From NCBI RefSeq assembly GCF_054482525.1, contig NZ_CM137006.1: a stretch of DNA of 64,000 nt; one strand, given 5' to 3'. The notes below the pieces were generated by a model. That model was not told the origin of the DNA. It searched no databases and saw only the letters and a list, made by a program, of their open reading frames with translations. Made by a program: the position numbers and the translations under genes. This document shows, piece by piece, positions 56,309-64,000 of this stretch. Each line of letters begins with the position of its first letter. The first letter of the stretch is position 1.

Positions 56309-58944
56309 TGTTTTTCCTCACACTCTTTTCCTTGCGGACAGTCATTTCCCGGCAGACGTGCGTTCTGCTCCAACCATGCCTGGAGATTATCGCCAAAGCG
56401 TAAACTGCGCCACAGCGTAAAAATATTCTCTTCGTGATGGTAATTAAGGTTTACCGTACCGCTTTTACCATCAACGCGACTGGTACCTGTAATGTTGGCC
56501 TGCATGGTTAATAAACCGAGATTATTTAAATTAATTTTTGTCGATGAACGGCTAATTTCCATATAGCGCAACCAGTTAATTGCTGAACCCGCAGTCATAT
56601 TGTCTTTCACCACCGCATCTGCGGTGTCTTTATCCAGCCGCAAGGTCATTGGCCCGCTATTTGCCAGCCAACCATCTTTCACTATCCATTTTTCGTTGTT
56701 TAGCCATAACGGCAATGCACCACTAAATGCCCCGGACATGGCGAATTGTTTCGGATTGACGGCGCTAACCAGTTCGCTGGATGAGAGATTATTCAGCCGC
56801 AACAGCGCCGGGTCATGTTGCGGCATACGTAATTGTTTCATCAGCACGTTACCGCCTAACACATCGACGCTAACATCAGTCAACAGCAATGGTTCTTCTT
56901 CTGTCCACGGATAACGCCCTTGCAAATCAGCCGTAATATTTTTCGCTGTCACCAGATTAATCACTTCGGCAATTCGCAACGTAACGGGGCCGCGAGTCCC
57001 CAGATGCCAGGCTCCATCGGCAAAACGGAAAGGCAGGACAAAATCGACACCGTTAACTTGATTATCTGGCATCCAGGCACTACCGCCTTTCAACACACCG
57101 TGCCCTCCCGCGCGGAATCCTTGTTCAGGCGCAGCAGAAAATGCAACCTGGGCATACAGTTCGCCATCGCGTAAGTTCATCTTCCAGTCGGGTGGCACCA
57201 GCGGCTGGAATACAGTTAGTGATTGTTTAGGCCACCAGGCGTTACCGCGCAGACGAATACCGTCCCAGCGACCATTTACCCGAACCGGGCCAATCTCACC
57301 AGCATGTAAATCGCCTTTAAAGAGGAAATACGTCGGATCGCGCCCATCGACGCTAAATTTTAAGGTTGATGGCGGTAACACACTGCCGCCAGTGAACAGC
57401 GTTTGCCCGGCGTCCAGTGACAGCGCGCCGCTAAAGGAGGGATGCTGTGCGTCACGTACCCAGACGACGGGCTTGTCGAGAATTAGTCGCGGCTTTTCTA
57501 CCGTCATCGTACCGTATTGTAACTGGTCGAAACCGGTGGAGAGATCGGTCAGCGTAATCGTGCTGTCATGCCACTCACCCTTTCCTGCGACATCCCAGGT
57601 GGCATTCATCGGTGTAAAACTGCCTTTTCCCCAGTAGCGCCACTGCCAGCGGCCAGCGTCAGGGAGAAAATCATTCGCCAGTCCATCCATATGCAGCACG
57701 AAATCGCCCAGTTCATTTTCATGCGCCTGCAAAATGGCCTGCAAACGTCCGTCAACACCACGTTGGGTGACTTTTACACCCGCTAAAGGCCAGCGGATTT
57801 CATCGATGTCCAGCGAATCGATGACTCTTCCCTTCGAACGTAATAACGCGCCTGGCTCAAAGGCCAGCGTTGGGTCAGTCAGACTTCCGCTTAGCTGCGC
57901 AGGTAAGCGGGCATATAAAATGAGATCCGCCTGTTTCGCTTCACCGGTCAGCTGCAAAGGCAGCTGGCTGTTATCCATGCTTAATTTTCCAGGGCCAAAA
58001 TTAAGCACCGCGTTGCCCTTACCCGCTTGCCCCTGGGTCAGCACACTCAGTCGTCCGCTGACCAGAGCGTTCTCAAGCCCTGCCTGCCAGTTGTCGACTT
58101 TGACACCCAGTCGGCCACTCAAAGGAAAACCTGCATACGGCCAGCTCCAGCGACCATCGCTTACGGTCAATTGTTGACGAGTAATTTGCCACGGCAAATC
58201 GAGCAACGGATCGCCGTTATCCTGTGCCAGCACAATCAATTGCCCGCTATTTTCCTGCCAGTCCAGCTCGGCATCCACCAGTGACGGTTCCTGCGGCAAG
58301 TTTAACATCGCAGTAGCATGGCCACTGACAGGAAGTCCATCCGGCACGAGCGGCATAGTAAATTCCCCCACCAGTTTTACCGGTGGCTGATTTTCAAACG
58401 CGGCGACATCCAGTTCGCTGACTGTAAGTTGTTGCCCTTTAAGCTGGCCTTGAAATTTAACTTTTTCGCCCTGATAACGCAGTTGCTGGATATCAGAGGT
58501 TAACGCGAGAGAGAGTTTTCCCTGCCACTCCTGCCAGGGAGAAAAAATCAGTTTATCGATATTGATCCAGGTGTTAGGCAACATGGCCTGCCACTGCGCG
58601 AGGGTTTTTGGAGCGGCAGGCGATTGCTCCGTCTGCGGCAATTTCGCCAGACAAGCAGAATCAAGTTCTACCGTGCCGACGTTCAATAACCAGCGGCTCG
58701 GATGTGAAAGGCTGGCGTTGGTGATATGCGCAAGCTGACAATCTCCCACCAGATAACGGAGATCGGGAATGATTAAACCTTTACGCGTAATGCGTGGGCT
58801 TTCATCTAATGCAATACGTGTCCCGAGCGGTAGCCAGATGCCCGCCAGCGTGGGAACCCACAAGCCGAGCGTCATCAGCAGCGTCAACGGCACAAGAATA
58901 ATCAGTAATAACAGCGCGAGAACGGCTTTATATTTACCCAGCAT
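56305..58944 (-). CDS. ydbH: AsmA-like inner-membrane-anchored periplasmic protein
   Basis: 879-aa ORF with N-terminal TM anchor (MLGKYKAVLALLLLIILVPLTLLMTLGLWVP...). Confidence 0.9.
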   Translation of the reverse strand: MLGKYKAVLALLLLIILVPLTLLMTLGLWVPTLAGIWLPLGTRIALDESPRITRKGLIIPDLRYLVGDCQLAHITNASLSHPSRWLLNVGTVELDSACLAKLPQTEQSPAAPKTLAQWQAMLPNTWINIDKLIFSPWQEWQGKLSLALTSDIQQLRYQGEKVKFQGQLKGQQLTVSELDVAAFENQPPVKLVGEFTMPLVPDGLPVSGHATAMLNLPQEPSLVDAELDWQENSGQLIVLAQDNGDPLLDLPWQITRQQLTVSDGRWSWPYAGFPLSGRLGVKVDNWQAGLENALVSGRLSVLTQGQAGKGNAVLNFGPGKLSMDNSQLPLQLTGEAKQADLILYARLPAQLSGSLTDPTLAFEPGALLRSKGRVIDSLDIDEIRWPLAGVKVTQRGVDGRLQAILQAHENELGDFVLHMDGLANDFLPDAGRWQWRYWGKGSFTPMNATWDVAGKGEWHDSTITLTDLSTGFDQLQYGTMTVEKPRLILDKPVVWVRDAQHPSFSGALSLDAGQTLFTGGSVLPPSTLKFSVDGRDPTYFLFKGDLHAGEIGPVRVNGRWDGIRLRGNAWWPKQSLTVFQPLVPPDWKMNLRDGELYAQVAFSAAPEQGFRAGGHGVLKGGSAWMPDNQVNGVDFVLPFRFADGAWHLGTRGPVTLRIAEVINLVTAKNITADLQGRYPWTEEEPLLLTDVSVDVLGGNVLMKQLRMPQHDPALLRLNNLSSSELVSAVNPKQFAMSGAFSGALPLWLNNEKWIVKDGWLANSGPMTLRLDKDTADAVVKDNMTAGSAINWLRYMEISRSSTKINLNNLGLLTMQANITGTSRVDGKSGTVNLNYHHEENIFTLWRSLRFGDNLQAWLEQNARLPGNDCPQGKECEEKQ

Positions 58945-59151
58945 GGGTAGTTAATATCCTGATTTAGCGAAAAATTAAGCATTCAATACGGGTATTGTGG
59001 CATGTTTAACCGTTCAGTTGAAGGTTGCGCCTACACTAAGCATAGTTGTTGATGAATTTTTCAATATCGCCATGGCTTTCAATTATATTTGAAATTTTGT
59101 AAAATATTTTTAGTAGCTTAAATGTGATTCAACATCACTGGAGAAAGTCTT

Positions 59152-60141
59152 ATGAAACTCGCCGTTTATAGCACAAAACAGTACGACAAGAAGTACCTGC
59201 AACAGGTGAACGAGTCCTTTGGCTTTGAGCTGGAATTTTTTGACTTTCTGCTGACGGAAAAAACCGCTAAAACTGCCAATGGCTGCGAAGCGGTATGTAT
59301 TTTCGTAAACGATGACGGCAGCCGCCCGGTGCTGGAAGAGCTGAAAAAGCACGGCGTTAAATATATCGCCCTGCGCTGTGCCGGTTTCAATAACGTCGAC
59401 CTTGACGCGGCAAAAGAACTGGGGCTGAAAGTAGTCCGTGTTCCAGCCTATGATCCAGAAGCCGTTGCTGAACACGCCATCGGTATGATGATGACGCTGA
59501 ACCGCCGTATTCATCGCGCGTATCAGCGTACTCGTGACGCCAACTTCTCTCTGGAAGGTCTGACCGGCTTTACTATGTATGGCAAAACGGCAGGCGTTAT
59601 CGGTACCGGTAAAATCGGTGTGGCGATGCTGCGCATTCTGAAAGGTTTTGGTATGCGTCTGCTGGCGTTCGATCCGTATCCAAGTGCGGCGGCACTTGAA
59701 CTCGGTGTGGAGTATGTCGATCTGCCAACCCTGTTCTCTGAATCAGACGTTATCTCTCTGCACTGCCCGCTGACACAGGAAAACTACCATCTGTTGAACG
59801 AAGCCGCCTTCGATCAGATGAAAAATGGCGTGATGATCGTCAATACCAGTCGCGGTGCATTGATTGATTCTCAGGCGGCAATTGAAGCGCTGAAAAATCA
59901 GAAAATTGGTTCGTTGGGTATGGACGTGTATGAGAACGAACGCGATCTGTTCTTTGAAGACAAATCCAACGACGTGATCCAGGATGACGTGTTCCGTCGT
60001 CTGTCTGCCTGCCACAACGTGCTGTTTACCGGGCACCAGGCATTCCTGACAGCAGAAGCACTGACCAGTATTTCTCAGACTACGCTGCAAAACTTAAGCA
60101 ATCTGGAAAAAGGCGAAACCTGCCCGAACGAACTGGTTTAA
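59152..60141 (+). CDS. ldhA: Fermentative D-lactate dehydrogenase (NAD-dependent)
   Basis: 329-aa ORF MKLAVYSTKQYDKKYLQQVNESFGFELEFFDFLLTEKTAKTANGCEAVCIFVNDD...; D-2-hydroxyacid dehydrogenase family. Confidence 0.95.
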   Translation: MKLAVYSTKQYDKKYLQQVNESFGFELEFFDFLLTEKTAKTANGCEAVCIFVNDDGSRPVLEELKKHGVKYIALRCAGFNNVDLDAAKELGLKVVRVPAYDPEAVAEHAIGMMMTLNRRIHRAYQRTRDANFSLEGLTGFTMYGKTAGVIGTGKIGVAMLRILKGFGMRLLAFDPYPSAAALELGVEYVDLPTLFSESDVISLHCPLTQENYHLLNEAAFDQMKNGVMIVNTSRGALIDSQAAIEALKNQKIGSLGMDVYENERDLFFEDKSNDVIQDDVFRRLSACHNVLFTGHQAFLTAEALTSISQTTLQNLSNLEKGETCPNELV

Positions 60142-60148
60142 TCTTGCC

Positions 60149-60171
60149 GCTCCCCTGCATTCCAGGGGAGC
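60149..60171 (+). terminator. Stable hairpin after ldhA; possible terminator without a clear U-tract
   Basis: gctcccctgcattccaggggagc: perfect 9-bp stem with 5-nt loop, 8 nt after the ldhA stop. Confidence 0.4.
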
Positions 60172-60251
60172 TGATTCAGATAATCCCCAATGACCTTTCA
60201 TCCTCTATTCTTAAAATAGTCCTGAGTCAGAAACTGTAATTGAGAACCACA

Positions 60252-60674
60252 ATGAAGAAAGTAGCCGCGTTTGTTGCGCTAAGCCTGCTGATGGCGGGAT
60301 GTGTAAGTAATGACAAAATTGCTGTAACCCCAGAACAGTTACAGCATCATCGCTTTGTGCTGGAAAGCGTAAACGGTAAGCCCGTGACCAGCGATAAAAA
60401 TCCGCCAGAAATCAGCTTTGGTGAAAAGATGATGATTTCCGGCAGCATGTGTAACCGCTTTAGCGGTGAAGGCAAACTGTCTAATGGTGAACTGACAGCC
60501 AAAGGGCTGGCAATGACCCGTATGATGTGCGCTAACCCGCAGCTTAATGAACTCGATAACACCATTAGCGAAATGCTGAAAGAAGGTGCACAAGTGGATC
60601 TGACCGCGAACCAGTTAACGCTGGCGACCGCGAAACAGACATTAACTTATAAGCTGGCGGATTTAATGAATTAA
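60252..60674 (+). CDS. hslJ: Heat-inducible outer-membrane lipoprotein HslJ
   Basis: 140-aa form MKKVAAFVALSLLMAGCVSNDK... (lipobox); 3' end overlaps convergent ydbJ by 4 nt. Confidence 0.9.
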   Translation: MKKVAAFVALSLLMAGCVSNDKIAVTPEQLQHHRFVLESVNGKPVTSDKNPPEISFGEKMMISGSMCNRFSGEGKLSNGELTAKGLAMTRMMCANPQLNELDNTISEMLKEGAQVDLTANQLTLATAKQTLTYKLADLMN

Positions 60675-60937
60675 TAGCTGCCACAGCTCCCGGCGGCAAG
60701 TGACTGTTCGCTACAGCGTTTGCCGTTGGGTAATGCACACATCCCAATCGCCGTACCATCCAGTTGACGGGCAACAGAAAGCGAACCGCCGATCATTGCA
60801 CAATTTGCTTCTCCACTACTGGACATCGACGCTTTTAAACCTGGCGCTACGTGCGCCGCAGTCGCCTGCTGAACAGGTTCACTACTACACGCCGACAACA
60901 ATAAAGCGGCACACCCTACCCAAAACGCTGCTCGCAT
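60671..60937 (-). CDS. ydbJ: Small DUF333 lipoprotein
   Basis: 88-aa ORF MRAAFWVGCAALLLSACSSEPVQQ... Confidence 0.8.
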   Translation of the reverse strand: MRAAFWVGCAALLLSACSSEPVQQATAAHVAPGLKASMSSSGEANCAMIGGSLSVARQLDGTAIGMCALPNGKRCSEQSLAAGSCGSY

Positions 60938-61210
60938 CTTTTCTTCCTCTGATCTTCAAGCCAAACGACACCGCCATAAATAATAGGCAGCACAGAGGGC
61001 GACGTCGAGAGCTGTCCTGCGCGTTGCCCCGCATTTTTACTTTTTTATGTCTATTTTTTTGCCCTCTGTTTGATCAAAACATTCATTACGCTGATGTGGG
61101 GGACACAAAAGCGAAAATGCAGAAGAAAGCCATTTGCTAAAATTGAAAGATAACTACTGGGCGCGCAGCAATTTCGTGCGCCCCTCATTTGCGCAATGTA
61201 AGGGTGTCAT

Positions 61211-64000
61211 ATGATTACTATTGACGGTAATGGCGCGGTTGCTTCGGTGGCGTTTCGCACCAGTGAAGTTATCGCCATCTACCCTATTACCCCCAGTTCC
61301 ACGATGGCAGAACAGGCTGATGCCTGGGCCGGAAACGGCTTGAAGAACGTTTGGGGAGACACACCACGCGTGGTTGAAATGCAGTCGGAAGCGGGTGCTA
61401 TCGCTACCGTGCATGGCGCTTTGCAGACGGGTGCCCTTTCAACATCGTTTACGTCATCGCAGGGTTTGCTGCTGATGATCCCGACGCTGTACAAACTGGC
61501 AGGCGAACTGACGCCATTTGTCCTGCATGTAGCGGCACGTACCGTTGCCACACATGCACTCTCTATTTTTGGCGATCATTCCGACGTTATGGCGGTGCGC
61601 CAGACGGGTTGCGCGATGTTGTGTGCGGCTAACGTCCAGGAAGCGCAAGACTTTGCTCTCATTTCGCACATCGCAACGCTGAAGAGCCGCGTGCCATTTA
61701 TTCATTTCTTTGATGGTTTCCGCACGTCCCACGAAATCAATAAAATTGTCCCGCTGGCCGATGACACGATTCTTGATCTCATGCCGCAGGCCGAAATTGA
61801 TGCTCATCGCGCCCGGGCACTCAACCCGGAACATCCGGTGATCCGCGGTACGTCCGCCAATCCTGACACTTATTTCCAGTCTCGCGAAGCCACCAACCCA
61901 TGGTACAACGCGGTCTATGACCATGTTGAGCAGGCGATGAATGATTTCGCTGCCGCGACAGGTCGTCAGTATCAGCCGTTTGAGTATTACGGGCATCCGC
62001 AAGCGGAACGAGTGATTATCCTGATGGGCTCAGCCATTGGCACATGTGAAGAAGTGGTTGATGAATTGCTAACCCGTGGCGAAAAAGTCGGCGTGCTGAA
62101 AATTCGCCTGTACCGCCCCTTCTCAGCCAAACACTTGCTACAAGCTCTGCCGGGATCCGTACGCAGCGTGGCGGTACTGGACAGAACCAAAGAACCCGGT
62201 GCCCAGGCAGAACCGCTCTATCTGGATGTGATGACCGCACTGGCAGAAGCCTTTAATAATGGCGAGCGCGAAACCCTGCCCCGTGTCATTGGTGGGCGCT
62301 ATGGTCTTTCATCCAAAGAATTTGGCCCGGACTGTGTACTGGCGGTATTTGCCGAGCTCAACGCGGCTAAACCGAAAGCGCGCTTTACGGTTGGTATTTA
62401 CGATGATGTGACCAATCTGTCACTGCCGTTGCCGGAAAACACCCTGCCAAACTCGGCGAAACTTGAAGCCTTGTTTTATGGCCTTGGTAGTGATGGCAGC
62501 GTTTCCGCGACCAAAAACAATATCAAGATTATCGGTAATTCCACGCCGTGGTACGCACAGGGCTATTTTGTTTACGACTCCAAAAAGGCGGGCGGCCTGA
62601 CGGTTTCTCACCTTCGCGTGAGCGAGCAGCCGATTCGTTCCGCTTATCTGATTTCCCAGGCTGATTTTGTTGGCTGCCACCAGTTGCAGTTTATCGATAA
62701 ATATCAGATGGCTGAACGTTTAAAACCTGGCGGCATTTTCCTGCTCAACACGCCGTACAGCGCAGATGAAGTATGGTCGCGCTTGCCGCAGGAAGTTCAG
62801 GCCGTGTTAAACCAGAAAAAAGCGCGCTTCTATGTGATTAACGCGGCGAAAATCGCCCGTGAATGTGACCTGGCGGCCCGTATTAATACCGTCATGCAGA
62901 TGGCTTTTTTCCATCTGACGCAAATTCTGCCTGGCGATAGCGCCCTCGCAGAATTGCAGGGTGCGATTGCCAAAAGTTACAGTAGCAAAGGTCAGGATCT
63001 GGTGGAACGCAACTGGCAGGCTCTTGCGCTGGCACGTGAATCCGTAGAAGAAGTTCCGCTGCAACAGGTAAATCCGCACAGCGCCAATCGACCGCCAGTG
63101 GTTTCCGATGCCGCCCCTGATTTCGTGAAAACCGTAACCGCGGCGATGCTCGCCGGGCTTGGTGATGCCCTCCCCGTTTCGGCGCTGCCGCCAGACGGCA
63201 CCTGGCCGATGGGCACCACGCGCTGGGAAAAACGCAATATCGCCGAAGAGATCCCCATCTGGAAAGAGGAACTCTGTACCCAATGTAACCACTGCGTCGC
63301 CGCTTGCCCACACTCAGCTATTCGCGCAAAAGTGGTGCCGCCTGAAGCGATGGAAAACGCCCCTGCCAGCCTGCATTCGCTGGATGTGAAATCGCGTGAT
63401 ATGCGCGGGCAGAAATATGTCTTGCAGGTGGCTCCGGAAGATTGCACCGGTTGTAACCTGTGCGTCGAAGTTTGCCCGGCGAAAGACCGTCAGAATCCAG
63501 AGATTAAAGCCATCAATATGATGTCGCGGCTGGAACATGTCGAAGAAGAGAAAATCAATTACGATTTCTTCCTCAACCTGCCAGAAATCGACCGTAGCAA
63601 ACTGGAACGTATTGATATTCGTACATCGCAGCTGATTACACCGCTGTTTGAATATTCCGGTGCTTGCTCCGGTTGTGGCGAGACGCCGTATATTAAATTG
63701 CTGACTCAGCTCTATGGCGACCGGATGTTGATCGCTAACGCCACCGGCTGTTCTTCAATTTATGGCGGTAACCTGCCCTCTACACCGTATACCACCGATA
63801 CCAACGGTCGCGGGCCGGCATGGGCGAACTCTCTATTTGAAGATAATGCCGAATTTGGCCTTGGTTTCCGCCTGACGGTCGATCAACACCGTGTCCGCGT
63901 GCTGCGTCTGCTGGATCAATTTGCCGATAAAATCCCGGCGGAATTACTGACTGCGTTGAAATCAGACGCCACGCCAGAGGTTCGTCGAGAACAGGTCGCA
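61211..64000 (+). CDS. ydbK: Pyruvate:flavodoxin/ferredoxin oxidoreductase, N-terminal ~930 codons; continues beyond the window end
   Basis: Hand translation from ATG 61211: MITIDGNGAVASVAFRTSEVIAIYPITPSSTMAEQADAWAGNGLKNVWGDTPRVVEMQSEAGA...; two 4Fe-4S ferredoxin motifs (CTQCNHCVAACP, CTGCNLCVEVCP) near 63280-63480. Absent from the ORF track because no stop lies in the window. Confidence 0.9.
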   Translation, partial: MITIDGNGAVASVAFRTSEVIAIYPITPSSTMAEQADAWAGNGLKNVWGDTPRVVEMQSEAGAIATVHGALQTGALSTSFTSSQGLLLMIPTLYKLAGELTPFVLHVAARTVATHALSIFGDHSDVMAVRQTGCAMLCAANVQEAQDFALISHIATLKSRVPFIHFFDGFRTSHEINKIVPLADDTILDLMPQAEIDAHRARALNPEHPVIRGTSANPDTYFQSREATNPWYNAVYDHVEQAMNDFAAATGRQYQPFEYYGHPQAERVIILMGSAIGTCEEVVDELLTRGEKVGVLKIRLYRPFSAKHLLQALPGSVRSVAVLDRTKEPGAQAEPLYLDVMTALAEAFNNGERETLPRVIGGRYGLSSKEFGPDCVLAVFAELNAAKPKARFTVGIYDDVTNLSLPLPENTLPNSAKLEALFYGLGSDGSVSATKNNIKIIGNSTPWYAQGYFVYDSKKAGGLTVSHLRVSEQPIRSAYLISQADFVGCHQLQFIDKYQMAERLKPGGIFLLNTPYSADEVWSRLPQEVQAVLNQKKARFYVINAAKIARECDLAARINTVMQMAFFHLTQILPGDSALAELQGAIAKSYSSKGQDLVERNWQALALARESVEEVPLQQVNPHSANRPPVVSDAAPDFVKTVTAAMLAGLGDALPVSALPPDGTWPMGTTRWEKRNIAEEIPIWKEELCTQCNHCVAACPHSAIRAKVVPPEAMENAPASLHSLDVKSRDMRGQKYVLQVAPEDCTGCNLCVEVCPAKDRQNPEIKAINMMSRLEHVEEEKINYDFFLNLPEIDRSKLERIDIRTSQLITPLFEYSGACSGCGETPYIKLLTQLYGDRMLIANATGCSSIYGGNLPSTPYTTDTNGRGPAWANSLFEDNAEFGLGFRLTVDQHRVRVLRLLDQFADKIPAELLTALKSDATPEVRREQVA

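Noticed and set aside
61154-63538. Cluster of minus-strand ORFs of 67-182 aa
   Set aside because: All antisense to the open ydbK frame; ydbK is missing from the track only because its stop is outside the window.

Overview
This window reads as a contiguous piece of Escherichia coli core chromosome, running ydcS (partial) through ydbK/pfo (partial), in reverse orientation relative to K-12 numbering. I found no convincing novel system; the hunt below reports what is unusual and says where a claim rests on memory of the K-12 reference rather than on the sequence. All gene identities come from reading the ORF translations against remembered protein families, with no database search run. Main content, in order: hicAB toxin-antitoxin, yncJ, ydcP/rlhA, ydcN, ydcO, ydcL, tehAB, ydcK, rimL, ydcH, opgD, ydcJ, ydcI, trg, the hokB type I toxin locus, ydcA, the RydC sRNA, cybB, gapC, aldA, ydcF, hrpA, azoR, ynbDCBA, ydbD, ydbC, the full phenylacetate catabolon (paaYX, paaKJIHGFEDCBA, divergent paaZ), tynA, feaB, feaR, ydbL-ynbE-ydbH, ldhA, hslJ, ydbJ. 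I saw no rRNA, tRNA, CRISPR array, insertion sequence or prophage. The most checkable oddities are a truncated mok-like leader frame ending in an ATGA overlap with hokB, an in-frame TAG at codon 12 of ynbB, and several apparent differences from K-12 (intact gapC, no ydbA/IS2/IS30 block, no IS609 insQ). Most plus-strand ORFs inside the long minus-strand genes (and vice versa) are antisense artefacts.
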